Of a DNA stretch of 64,000 nucleotides, positions 14,221 through 27,570 are shown piece after piece; the stretch's first letter is position 1, and every line of letters begins with the position of its first letter. Position numbers and translations under genes: made by a program. Below the pieces are notes generated by a model. It worked only from the letters and a program-made list of their open reading frames with translations, was not told the DNA's origin and made no database searches. The stretch lies in NCBI RefSeq assembly GCF_006345805.1, contig NC_043005.1, positions 105,152,001 through 105,216,000 of the forward strand. The letters are read 5' to 3'. This stretch comes from Octopus sinensis (lineage: Eukaryota).

Positions 14221-14597
14221 TAAAGTAGCTTGCTTACCAACTACATGGTTCCGGGTTCAGTTCTACTGCGTGGCACCTTGGGCAAGTGTCTTCTACTATA
14301 ACCCCGGGCCGACCAATGCGTTGTGAGAGGATTTGGTAGACAGAAACTGAAAGAACTCCGTAATATATACATATATGTTTATATGTATGTGTTTGTGTGT
14401 CTGTCCCTCCAATATCGCTTGAGAACCGATGCAGGTATGTTTACGTCCCCGCAACTTAGCGGTTCAGCAAAAGATTCCGATAGAATAAGTAGTAGGCTTA
14501 CAAAGAGTAGGTCCTGGGGTCGATTTGCTCGACTAAAGCGATGCTCCAACAAGGCCGCTGTAAAACGACTGAAACAAGTAAAAGAATAAAAAGAATA
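14221..14597 (+). mobile_element. SINE family B (slightly 5'-truncated)
   Basis: High similarity to 22574-23007. Confidence 0.9.
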
Positions 14598-14768
14598 GAG
14601 GATTATATATATGTATGTGTATGTGTGTGTGTGTATATATATATATGTATACATATATATCTACATTTATATATATATATATATATTAATAATAAATATT
14701 AGGGAATAAATCCAAACTTACAGGGAAAAATCAGATTTAGGATTGAATCCAATTTATAGTAAAATATT

Positions 14769-14884
14769 ATATTATAATAAATTAGAGACAAAACCACTAT
14801 TATGCAAATCAAACAAAGAAAGACTTAATCCAATACATAAATTAATTTATATTATTTTGAAATTTATGGTTTTGTCTCTAATTT

Positions 14885-14893
<9 letters not shown>
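14769..14893. repeat. Short inverted repeat (~27-bp arms)
   Basis: tattataataaattagagacaaaacca ... tggttttgtctctaatttattataata. Confidence 0.8.
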
Positions 14894-14934
<41 letters not shown>

Positions 14935-14937
<3 letters not shown>

Positions 14938-15311
14938 ATATAAACGGCAGTTTGTCTGTGCGTGTTTCTGTGTGTCTGTTTTCTTGTACCCTCACCCTGA
15001 CCACGGCTTTCAACCGATTCTGATGAAACTTGACACACACATAGCCCAATGTCATAATTTAAAACTAATGCAGCGAAAATTTTGAAAAGTTCCCCCAGTT
15101 CTGAAAAAAATCGATAAATTCGACATGGGGTCGAGAATCAGAAACACAAACCGCAAACTGTCTAGGGGACGCAACTCCACCTTTTTTAACTAAAAAAAAA
15201 ATTTACCATAATTTTTTTCCATCTTTTTGCTATCTTTTGGCTATAACTCTCTAAAAATTCTTTATAGTTATTTCCCTTACAAACCTGAGCAACGCCGGGC
15301 GATACTGCTAG
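14935..15311 (+). mobile_element. Non-autonomous Helitron-like element
   Basis: 3' GC hairpin (cctgagcaacgccggg) followed by CTAG at 15308-15311 and then T; 3' part shared with 58235-58631. Confidence 0.75.
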
Positions 15312-15326
15312 TATATATATATATAT

Positions 15327-15566
15327 ATACTAAGCAATAAAGGGTTTAGCAACGAATTGCCTTACCACATACCGAATTTAGAAATAGCAGTCAAAGAGTT
15401 ATAGCTATTTCTTCTACTAAAAAGGGAGATCTCAGTAAAAACAGCAATGCTGTTTTTACTGAGATCTCCCTTTTTAGTAGAAGAAATAGCTATAACTCTT
15501 TGACTGCTATTTCTAATTCGGTATGTGGTAAGGCAATTCGTTGCTAAACCCTTTATTGCTTAGTAT
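15327..15566. repeat. Near-perfect 240-bp palindrome (probable inverted Penelope-type terminal repeat or MITE)
   Basis: Arms 15327-15446 and 15448-15566 are reverse complements with one indel; a diverged single arm lies at ~23025-23147. Confidence 0.85.
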
Positions 15567-15670
15567 TACTTAAATTTTCCTCGAATGAGGCTTTTACATG
15601 CCGAAGACTACTTGGTGTAATTGATAATTATTCCAAATTAATTAATTTCACCCTTCATTATTACGGATAA

Positions 15671-15709
<39 letters not shown>

Positions 15710-15710
15710 T

Positions 15711-15809
<99 letters not shown>

Positions 15810-16109
15810 TGCACCCTCAGAAGTCGTACCAAAGAAAGACCGTATAATATAGCGGATTTTTTTTTGGGTCTAAACCCTTGTCTCAAGCTGTGTGGAGGAT
15901 ATCGATAGAATGTGCCTAGGGTTAAACCTGATAGATCACAATCACGATGTTACAAGATCAAATCCATTACAATTCTGGGTATATTCAGATATCCTGGTAA
16001 TATATTCACTGCATTCAATGCTTTCTTCTGCGAAACGAGACTATTCTGGTGATTCAGAAACAAGTTTTGAATGTCATTGATGTTTGAATTTATGGAAGTA
16101 TTCAATATG

Positions 16110-17027
16110 GCGGAGGTAGTGGAAGAGTTTGTTTTTGCTGTTGGTGGTGGAGCTGGTGTTGGTAGTTAAGGATGGTAATGATGGCATCGGTGGTACTAAT
16201 TTTGATGGTGGTGGCATTCATACTAGTGGTAGCATTGTTGTTGTTGTGGTGGTGGTGGTGTCAGCAGTACTTTTAGTAGTATTGGTGCAGATTGTGATCG
16301 CTGATGGTAAAATGATGGTGGAAGTGGCAGTGTTGATAAAGGAGTTGGTTGTAATGATACTAGTGGTGATGGTTGTAGTACAGCTAGTGATGATAATGAT
16401 GGTGGTGGCGGAGGTGGTAGTAGTAGTGGTGATGAAAGTAATATTGATAATGGTGGCAACGGAGGTGATAATGATGATAGTGGAGGATAGTGTCAGTCGA
16501 AGGATGGTGGTGGTGGTAGTGGTGATGGTGGTAGTGGTAGTGGTGATGGTGGTAGTAGTGATAGTTGTAGTGTGAGTTGAGACAGTTACTGTTATGATAA
16601 AACCGCTGTTACAGGGATGGAGAAGAGAGTAAAGATTACGTTGGTGTTTAAGTTAATTATGATGTCGATGATGATTGTGATAGAGGCGGTGGCGGTAGTA
16701 GCGGTGGTAGTAGTAGTGGTGGTTGTAACAAAATAACTAGTAACTAAAAAATAGTATTCGTTACGGTATGCGTGATAGTGAAGGCTCTAGTTGTTGTTAT
16801 TATAATGGTGGTAAGGGTTATAGTGGTATAATGATGGTTGTGATGATTGTTATGGTGTTAGTGGTGGTGGGCATAATGGGAATGTGAAGAGAGCAGATAA
16901 AGTGTTCGTTTTACTACGATGATGTAAGTGATAACATTGCGCTTAGGGTGGTGGTGGCAGTAGCAGCAGCTGCAGCAGTAGTAGTAGTAGTAGTAGTAGT
17001 AGAGTAGTAGTAGTAGTAGTAGTAGTG

Positions 17028-17058
<31 letters not shown>

Positions 17059-17275
17059 TTGTAGTAGTAGTAGTAGTAGTAGTAGTAATTGCAGTGGTGC
17101 TGGTAGTTGCGGTGGTGGTGGTGGTGGTGGTGGTGGCAGTTTTGTGATGGAGTGGGTAAGAGACGGAGAGTGGTCTGTATAGGCGGCAGTGGTCGTCGCC
17201 GTCGTCGTTGTCCTTGCTGTTGTTGTTGTTGTTGTTGTTGCGGTGGTGGTGGTGGTGGTGGAGACGGTGGTACTG
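16110..17275. repeat. Degenerate (GGT)n/(AGT)n/(GAT)n/(GTT)n trinucleotide region
   Basis: Visible repeats; poly-V/T/Y/L ORFs. Confidence 0.9.
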
Positions 17276-17983
17276 GTGTCTGTCGCTCCAAAGATGAAAG
17301 TCACTACTTACATGCGAGAGGATTTTAAACAAAGGCTGTTCTATGAACAACGGGATTATGTATTTTAATAGCGTCAGTATTATTAGTGGTGGTGAGGGGG
17401 GAGATTATGGTGTGTGGTGAGTGGTCAACTGATGGTCAGAACAATACTTCGGCCATAATACTCAGCGTCACTGGACATTATCCATCTATTTTCCTTTGTT
17501 CTCATTCAATTCTTACTCATTTTTTCCTTTTTCTCTTTTTTTTTTCAAAGAAAGAAATATTATTATTGTTTTTTTTGACTACCCTTTCTCCATTATGTTG
17601 TCTCGCATTATTGAATCTTATCCACAACTTCTGCCCCTCCATCCCCATCTCTCCCACCTCTCTCTCTCTCTCTCTCTCTCCTTCCCCATCTCTCTCTCTC
17701 TCTCGCTCTCTCTCTCGCTCTCTCTCTTTTATGTCATTTCCGCATTGTTTCATTAGCTGTTTTTTTTTACTTCTCAATCTGTCTATGTTTCCTATCTATA
17801 CATATATATACACGCGGGCATACACACACATAAACGAACGTATACATATACGCATGCATAAACACATACCCATGTACTCACACATGCATACATATTTGTT
17901 TGGATGAGTGGATATGGATGTGCATGTATACAAATGTGTGTGCATATGCATGTATGTGTGCATATATGTAAATACGTACGAAG

Positions 17984-18072
<89 letters not shown>

Positions 18073-18496
18073 CAAAATACATACATTTACACATATATAT
18101 AGGTCTGTATATGTGCGTGTATAACTGCACGTATCAAAGGATCAATGTATAAATAAGCGTATTTGTGACGTAAGTATGTGCACGTATATACATACATACA
18201 CACACACACATATATATACACATCTGTATACCAACATTCACACACACACACACCTATATTCATACTTAAAATACAAACACACACACATTTATACACCGTA
18301 TTGCACTCGTATACATGTAAAATCACCAATTCCAGATCAGAAAAGAACAATAAACAGATTTATAACAATAGAACTCAGTACGTCCTGGTTACAATGTTAA
18401 GAAAGATTTCCAAATATATAAAGTTTTAATAAAGCCTCATTACTATTATTATTATTATCATTATTATTATTATTATCATTATTATTATTATTATTA

Positions 18497-18545
<49 letters not shown>

Positions 18546-18577
18546 TTTTATTTTTATTATTATTATCATGCACTCTT

Positions 18578-18795
18578 AGGCGGCGAGCTTGCAGAATCGT
18601 TAGCTAGTCGGATAAAATGCCTAGCGGCATTTCTTCTTGTTCTTTCAATTTTGATTTCAAATTCCGTCGCGATGGACTGCACCACTCATCCCTTTCAAAG
18701 TTCAATAAAATAAGTACCAGTTGATTATAGGGGGTCGATGTAATCGGCAATGTCTTCTACAATTTTGAGTCTTGTGCCTATTAGAAAAAAAACTA
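18578..18795 (+). mobile_element. Degraded SINE family A (alternative tail)
   Basis: ggcggcgagcttgcagaatcgttag head; tail ttgtgcctattagaaa. Confidence 0.75.
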
Positions 18796-19127
18796 TTATT
18801 ATATTTCTCTTTGATGTTGTACGCTATTGATATTTTCGTAGTCAATTCTCATATAAGACATATCACAGAATCGGGAGATTTAATTCAGAATTACATTCTG
18901 CAATATTTAGTTATTCGCTTTTACTCTCTGAGTGCAAATCCTCCGGAGGTCGATTCAACTTAATATCATTCAATTAAGTTCTCCCTGCAAAATATATAAT
19001 AGACAATAATAATAAATTCTGGATATATACATTCATGCACACACATATTGATGTATATATGCATGTGTATCTTTGAATGCATACATAAGATATATGCATA
19101 TATACGACTCATGTAATCAATAATCCG

Positions 19128-19319
19128 TAGCCGTATTTCGTCTGCCGTTACGTTCTGAGTTCAAATTCCGCCGAGGTCGACTTTGCCTTTCATCCTTTCG
19201 GGGTCGATAAATTTAGTACCAGTTACGCACTGGGGTCGATGTAATCGACTTAATTCGTTTGTCTGTCCTTGTTTGTCCCCTCTATGTTTAGCCCCTTGTG
19301 GGTAGTAAAGAAGTAAAGA

Positions 19320-19322
<3 letters not shown>
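19128..19322 (+). mobile_element. SINE family A, 5'-truncated
   Basis: Near identical to 9090-9275. Confidence 0.9.
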
Positions 19323-19406
<84 letters not shown>

Positions 19407-19704
19407 GCTAATATCTTTTGCAGGTCGCATTATTTGCAAGGAACAATAGCAATATTAACCCTCAAATAATTTCCTACCATCTTTTAGGAAAAGGAAAAAC
19501 AGTTTGGACAATATATGTATCCCTTGAAATACAAAGAAACGGGATGGTCACGGCTTGAATGGATTTGAGAATAGGTTTATTCGGTCAGAGCTGAACAGCA
19601 TCAAAAAAACAACTTTTCTCGTTAGTTTTGGTATTAAAATAAGAACTCAAGTTACTGGGACTGAGTGGCAATGACTTCTATCAAATACACACACACACAC
19701 ACAC

Positions 19705-19736
<32 letters not shown>

Positions 19737-20392
19737 ACACACATGTATCTATATACCACACACACAAACACGTGCACTAAGCACTAGTTCGCACTAATAA
19801 AAGTTGTTTTTTTTTACTTTGATAATTTTAATGTACAGTACACCAATTTCAACAACATGCAGTGTTAGCCTCGCTGAGAAAAGTATGGAAGGCAACACCT
19901 ATGGTCATATCACTTTATTTACTTTTCATGACCGACTATGGCAACAGTCCGGATACTTATTGATCAGTCCACGTATTTCTGTACTGCCCCATAGTGGCTT
20001 GCACTCCACAGTGCAGAAGAAACCTCATCAGGCTTCTAAGTTATAAAATTTATATTTCGCTCATAGCTGTAGCTGGATGATGTTGATGTTGATATTGGTG
20101 TTAGTAGTAGAATGAATGTGGGATCAGTGCAGAAGTGTGCCGAAACGATCGTAGTGATAAATGAAGTTTCCAGTACACCCTGTCTTCCATATCAATCATT
20201 TAGAATATCCTCAACGTGCACCGAAGAATACATAGAGTAGATCCAAGAACCAAATCCATTTACCATGGATGACGCCTGGTAGCCGTAAGTGGTGAACGTG
20301 CTCTAGCGGTACCAGTGCTGGGGAATACACAGAATAACGCTTGGATGCTAAATTTTACAATTTCAAATCTAAAATTTTATTTTAATTATAAC

Positions 20393-20446
<54 letters not shown>

Positions 20447-21584
20447 GAGAGAGAGAGACAGAGAGAGACAGAGAGAGATAGAGAGAAAGAGACAGAGAGA
20501 AAGAGAGGGAGAGAGAAAGAGCGAAGCTATTAGAGAACTATGCTGCATTTTAGGACGTAACCTAGTTACCGCTGGTTGACCAGAGGAAGTCGTAAATTTC
20601 TTTTCATTCTTGGACCCTATGGAAGAGAAAGGACATCAAGCAGTGAAACTATTAACATCAGACAAAGATGACAGACACACTTTGCCATTCATCAAAAGAC
20701 ATCTCTTCCATTTTTTTTTCTTGCATTTAAAGGGGTTAACATTTCACAGTAGAATAACTATAGTTTAATAAGCTGCTGATCATTTAATTATAGAAAATAA
20801 AACAATAAATAAATATTTAAATATATATGTAATTAAATAAAAACAAAACAAAATTGTTTAAAGTGTAACACACACATACATACACATAAGCACAGAAAAA
20901 AAACCCATCAGCCTAAAAAGGAAAAAAATATAAAATGATTGCAAGCGTGATGTGAGTAGGTCGGACAAAAGTCTACTTAGTTTTTTGATTGGCTAAAAAA
21001 AATAATAATAACAAACGAAATAAAATAATAATTCTAATAATAACAATACGTAAATAATCAAATAAAATTTTAATTTTACGTTGAAAACTACAAGCTAAAA
21101 CATCCACTTGGCGTTTTGAGTGATGTTCTGATGTTTCGGCTCTGTTCAAACCGAATTAAATTCCAATTAAGTATAGAGATACGTTATCAGACTTTTGCTC
21201 AATTAAATTTGTCAGCATTACACATACTCAGATAGTTACGCATACACATACACTCAAGCACACCCATAAAGATATATACACGCACACTTACGTACAAACA
21301 CGCGTATATACAGATACAAATATGTGTACTTATGGGTGCGTGTGTATATATTATATATTATATATATATATATATATATTTATATATGTGTGTGTATGTA
21401 CGTATATATATATGTGTGTGTGTGTGTAGATGTATGTATGTATGGGCGTATATATATAAACGAAAATATCAATACCAATACATATATTTGTATATGTATG
21501 TGGATATATATACGTGTAGATATGCATATATAATTATAAACATATGTTTATATATATATCTCCATATATACGCATTTGTATGTA

Positions 21585-21615
<31 letters not shown>

Positions 21616-21721
21616 TATATTATATATATATATATTTACATATATATATAATTCATAAACATATATATATATGTATATATATGTGTGTATATGTATGTAT
21701 GTATGTATATATATATATGTA

Positions 21722-21788
<67 letters not shown>

Positions 21789-21930
21789 CGGAAGGCATTC
21801 ATGTATTTACAAGTAATTTCGTATGTTTACATAAAAAGATAAAAATTTAGTGAAGGAAATATATGTATATTGATCAAAACGCAGGCTGTGTTGGGGCTGT
21901 AGATGTGTGTGACTACATACATACATACAT

Positions 21931-22001
<71 letters not shown>

Positions 22002-22199
22002 TCTGACGCGTGTTTGCGTGTCTCTTCCTACATATATAAATACTCCTTATATGTAAATAAGTTTAATTTTATTATACTAACACGACGTATTTTCTTCCAT
22101 TCTCTATGGGCCTAAATAAATCTTCTGCCACATATATAGAAACACATATATGCATACATATGTACACACACACACACACACACACCACACACACCACAC

Positions 22200-22263
<64 letters not shown>

Positions 22264-22573
22264 ATATATAATGTTTATTCCTAAGTGTATACACTGTATA
22301 TATGTAAACACACATATATTTACACACATACATATATCTATGCATAAAAACACACAGTTATATTCTTGTGTATGTGTGTATTAAGTTGTGTATAAAGTAA
22401 AACAAATATAGATTTTCGATGGCGGTTTTCTTTTCCGTTTGTGAATTTAAATCCCATTAAATGAGTGGTCTGATGACTGTCCATATGGCAGAAAACTTGA
22501 AGTAATCACCACAGAATATGTGGAGTCAGTATTCTTTTATATACCCACTATGCCTATATATATACATATGTAT

Positions 22574-23007
22574 GGGCGTAGGAGTGGCTGGGTGGTAAGT
22601 AGCTTGCTTACGAACCACATGGTTCCGGGTCCAGTCCCACTGCGTAGCACCTTGGGCAAATGTCTTCTACTATAGGCTCGGGCTGACCAGGGCCTTGTAA
22701 GTGGATTTGGTAGACGGAAACAGAAAGACGCCCGTCGTAGATATGTATATATATGTGTACGTGTGTTTATGTGCTTGTGTGTCTGTGTTTGTCCCCCCAA
22801 CATCGTTTGACAAACGATGCTGGTGTGTTTACGACACCGTAACTTAGCGGTTTGGCAAAAGAGACCGATAGAATAATTACTAGGCTTACAAAGAATAAGT
22901 CTTACAAAGAATAAGTGCTGGGGTCGATTTGCTCGACTAAAGGCGGTGCTCCAGCATGGCCACAGTCACATGACTGAAACAAGTAAAAGTGTAAAAGAGT
23001 AAAAGAG
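22574..23007 (+). mobile_element. SINE family B, full length
   Basis: Head ggcgtaggagtggct, CORE-like block, (GTAAAAGA)n tail. Confidence 0.92.
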
Positions 23008-23144
23008 CATATATATATACATCAAGTGCTTTGGTTTTTCTGGGAATTCCCTTTAAAGTACAAGGAATAGCTAAGATTTTTTGATTGCTATTTCTAAACT
23101 TCGGTATGTGGTGTTGTAAATCGTTGCTGAACCCTAATTATATA

Positions 23145-23195
<51 letters not shown>

Positions 23196-23198
<3 letters not shown>

Positions 23199-24175
23199 CA
23201 AATTAATAAATAAAACATATGTATATATACATACATATATGTACGTACCTACATCTACATGTATGCGACTGAAGAAGGGGAATTTTCCTTGTGTTGTACT
23301 CTATTTTTTCGTTGTTTAAGAAAAATGTCCAGTTCCTTGGTTTTGTGTTTATGTTTTCGTTTCTCATTGTGTTCGACGTTTTTTTGGTGTCCTGTACCCA
23401 TATATGCATGTATATATATACATATAGATGTAGGTACGTACATATATGTATGTATATATGCACATGTTTTATTTATTAATTTGTTATTATATGACGGAAC
23501 GCACGCATCCATTTCTAAGTAAGTTTGTTCTTAATATTAATAATGATGCGCACTCTTAACCTTTCAGTCCTCCTCCCTTTCTCAGCTTTCATTCTTTCTG
23601 GTTTCCTTTTCTTCTACTTTACTGTCTCTCCCTCTCTCTCTCTCATTCTTCATTCTTTCTGGTTTTCTCAACAACCAATCCCTTTTTTCTCTCCTATTCT
23701 CTGATCCTCCTCCTCCCTCTCGTCGTTGACCCGCGACGAGAGCTCTGCTACTGTCTTTCTGACCTGGCTTCCTTCAAGTGTGGATGGCTTTCCTGTCTCT
23801 CTCTTGCCGTCCTCAAAAGCGTTCATAATATTTTTTCTTTCGTTCTGGCTTAACAGCTCTCAATGTTTGTGTTACTGTTATTCTCCTTGTACTGTCTTTT
23901 ACTGTTTATATTTTGTACTGTCTTTATTGTCCTGTTTTTGTTACTATTTTTACCCCTCCGCAAAGAATCTCAAATTTTATTTAATTTGCTTTTTGCGGGA
24001 AGGATTGTTTCAACGAATTCGTGTCTCGCCTTGACCTTCGAAACGTGGAGTAGATGAAACAAAGGCGACTGAAGCAGAGGAATTTTCCTTGTGTTGTATG
24101 TCCTTTACTCTATTTTTCGTTGTTTAAGAAAAATGTCCATTTCCTTGGTTTTGTGTTTATGTTTTCGTTTCTCCG
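23196..24175 (+). mobile_element. ORF-less Penelope-LTR-like element: two direct terminal repeats plus an inverted partial repeat
   Basis: Direct repeat 23265-23384 / 24065-24173; inverted repeat 23196-23264 / 23418-23486; hammerhead core motifs; related to 33705-34770. Confidence 0.65.
24006..24080 (+). ncRNA. Candidate permuted/split hammerhead ribozyme, copy 1
   Basis: GUC 24023-24025; stem I tcgcctt/aaggcga; GAAA 24040-24043; CTGAAGC 24069-24075 (CTGAAGA in the sister repeat at 23269-23275); stem II cttc/gagg. Confidence 0.55.
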
Positions 24176-25429
24176 AATTTATATTCTACATACAGGAATT
24201 CTTAGGATTATAGAAACCACCCCTACCATAAAAAAGAACGGACTGTATTTAAGGCCTATTTAGCTACTATTTTTAAGCACATCTCATACCACACGTGCTT
24301 TAAGCATTTAATATAAAAAGAACATATGTTAAGCAGCTTAGAAACAGCTTGTTTTGTTACTATGGAAACAGGTACAATTTATCGGCGGCTTTCGATTATC
24401 CAAAACTTGTAGACTTTAAAAGTTAACACTTTATTTATTGATTTATGGCGAAAATGAATTTCATGTCAATGATTACTTTAGAAAACTACACAAATACGCC
24501 AAGTATGAAGTTAATTGGAACAAAAATTGAAGAAACTGAAACATGGTAGGCAAACAGAAAAGATTCGTTTATATGTAAATCAGCATCAGCGTCATGCACC
24601 GGTGAGAAATAAACGAACTTTGGGTTAGTTAAAATATTATATATTTATGACATAATTTAAATTCAAAGGATACCATTGAGAACGGTTAAAAAGCCAGAAA
24701 CGCGCCTTAGAATCGATTCGGCGGAAGCACTGGGCAGATATGAAGGATATGGAGTTTTTACGCATTTTGGCGCGGGAGAGAATTCTTTCACCACTGTAAC
24801 AGCTGTGAATTTGCCTTTAGAACTTAAATAAACCACAGACATATCTCATGTAACTTTAAGTTCATATAAATATTTATATGTACACATATACTCTTGCACA
24901 TTTATATCCCCCACATTTTTATATCATTTAAAGCCTGTACTCAATTCTTCTTTTCATTTCCCGAAAACTCATCATCTTCACAGACACTAATATCATATTT
25001 CTCTTGCTTTCTTTCAAACACTTTCTCATTCTCTCATTCTGCATACGTTTATTATTTAATCCCGTTACGTCTCTAATCTCCTCTCAAGATTTCTCAGCCC
25101 TGTACTTCGTTTCCCTCAACTTCTCTCTTACTCACGATATATCTATCTTTCTCATTCATTTGCTTTCTTTTCATTCTGCTCTATATTTGTTTGATTACAT
25201 GACTACTTGTCACACAAAGTGCCGAATAACGAATATATAATTCTTTTCTCTCTCCGACATCTATGTGTTTAACGAAATAATCTACCTCCTTTTTTTTCTT
25301 TTCATAACACTTTAATTCTCTCCCATTCACCTGCCTTAGCACAGCTAATGGCATTCCTACCAACATCAGGAAAAGAAAGAAACTAACTAGCAAAGAAACT
25401 CTCACCAAAACTCCCTTCATAAAGGCCAC

Positions 25430-26075
25430 AGCCTGGTAGTCTCCGTTGCATCTCTTCATGTCTTGTCTCATCTTCTTTACAATGTTCACAAAACGTTGAG
25501 CAGCAGTCATGATAACGGGAATGTTGATACTCGAAGCAGGTCATCATGATACAAGTAACTCTTTGCCGATATTCAGCGAGCTTCAACTTTTCCATCTCAA
25601 CTAACCTTTATTCAACTACAACTTTAATCTTCATGCTCTCCAACGTTGTTGACTCTTCACCAGTACATCAATATTTGTTCATGAAAAAGAGACACAAAAA
25701 TAGTCAAATTTAGTCCAGACAATATGTTTATTCATGAGTTCAACAAATTATATTTATAATTTGTTGAACTTTATACATGCTGGATTTCGGTCGAGTGTTC
25801 TGTATCTAGTTCTGGGAATTATGTTTTGTAAACGACAGACTATGCTGATGAACTTGCAGATGTTTGCGTATCCATATATGTAAATATTAACAAGTGAAAC
25901 TAATTAGTACATAGGTAATGGTTTTTTTATTTCGTATATTTTCATTTGTCTTGCTTATTTTTACACTTTGGTTTTTTGCAAAATTTTTTTGTTGAGAAAA
26001 CATTCTTCGTGGAAAATGGCCATTTTAACGTCTATATCTGTCCATTTTTTTAGTGGTCAGTCCTCTAAATTTTGC
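25430..26075 (-). mobile_element. Possible Tc1/mariner-superfamily transposon 5' relic
   Basis: Frameshifted MEKLKL...TAAQRFVNIVKKMRQDMKRCNGDYQAVA resembles an HTH N-terminus of Tc1/mariner transposases; recognised from memory only. Confidence 0.3.
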
Positions 26076-26439
26076 ATATATATATATATATAACTTAAAA
26101 GACACAACCATTCATTTTAACAGCTACCCCCACATATACTGGCATACACATACACACATAATACATTAATACATACGAATGTTTGCACGAACATAGAAGA
26201 GCATTGAAAAAAACACAAAAACACAAGCTCACACAGATGCAGGAACTGACTGGCACATCTAGAATATAAGTTCATATAGAGACGTCAGTGTGTGTGTGTG
26301 AAATGCATGTGTGTGTGTTTGTATGTGTGAGAGAGTGAGAGAGAGAGAGAGAAAGTGAGAGAGAGAGAGAGAAAGAGAGACAGAGAGAGACAGAACTGGT
26401 GCAACATGAACGAATTCTTGAAAGGTTGGAATGTACGCT

Positions 26440-26640
26440 TTGCAACTCTCAGGCCCGGGGTTCATCCATATCTTGTGGGTGAAATTTATCACACAGCTAT
26501 GCTGAATCTGCCTGAAAACTATGTTAAGGGTATACATGTTCGTAAAAAACTCAGCCATTTTACCCGTTAAATCAGGAGCGGGTAAATCTGGTGATGAAGC
26601 GGTTGAATCCGCATTATCGATCGATGGTGATCCAATAGAC
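26440..26640 (+). mobile_element. Degraded SINE family C 3' part
   Basis: gctgaatctgcctgaaaactatgttaagggtatacatgt matches family C at 37538-37575. Confidence 0.6.
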
Positions 26641-26820
26641 ACAAACACACACACGCGATCGCGAGTGCAAAACCACACACACACACTCACAAATTCACAC
26701 AAGTATAGACAAACAGTTAAATAGATAGATAGATATTATACACACAAACGCACGCGCGCACTCACATACACACACGCGAAATATTACTGGCAGAAGCAGT
26801 GTTAATGGCTTTCTTTATAT

Positions 26821-27232
26821 ATTTCTTTACTACCCACCAGGGGCTAAACACAGAGGGGACAAACAAGGACAGAGAAAGGGATTAAGTCGATTACATCGAC
26901 CCCAATGCGAAACAGGTACTTTATTTATTGACCCCGAAAAGATGAAAGGCAAAGTCGACCTCGGCGGTATTTGAACTCAGAACGTAGCGGCAGACGAAAT
27001 ACCTCTTTCTTTACTACCTACAAGGGGCTAAACATAGAGGGGACAAACAAGGACAAAGGGATTAAATCGATTACATCAACGCCAGTGCGAAACTGGTACT
27101 TAATTCATTGACCCAGAAAGGATGAAAGGCAAAGTCGACCTCGGTGGAATTTGAACGCAGAATGCAACGACAGACGAAATACCACTAAGCATTTCGCCTG
27201 GCGCACTAACGTTTCTGCCAGCTCGCCGCCTT
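26821..27232 (-). mobile_element. SINE family A, internally duplicated (dimeric) copy with one TSD
   Basis: Two head-to-tail units; flanking atgg(c/t)tttctttatat at 26805-26820 and 27233-27248. Confidence 0.88.
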
Positions 27233-27570
27233 ATGGTTTTCTTTATATCCTACATAAAGCGGTGAAGTGCGGACACTCCAAAACCTACGTGCTCTAACAG
27301 TCCCGCCACAGGTGCTGGATGATTTCTGGTCTGCTACCGATATGCGTGTGCTTCCTAGCACTAAACGTCTATATGAGAAGATTTCTCAAGCAAATATCGA
27401 AGTATTACGGCGTTCTAACAATACAGTCACGCTAAGTAGGATATAAAAGTAGCCACACACATGCGCACACACACATATACACACACATGTATCTACATAT
27501 AATGTGATGGATATGTGCAGGTACATGCTTTTGTACATGTATGTATGCATACGTGCATGTATGTACATAT

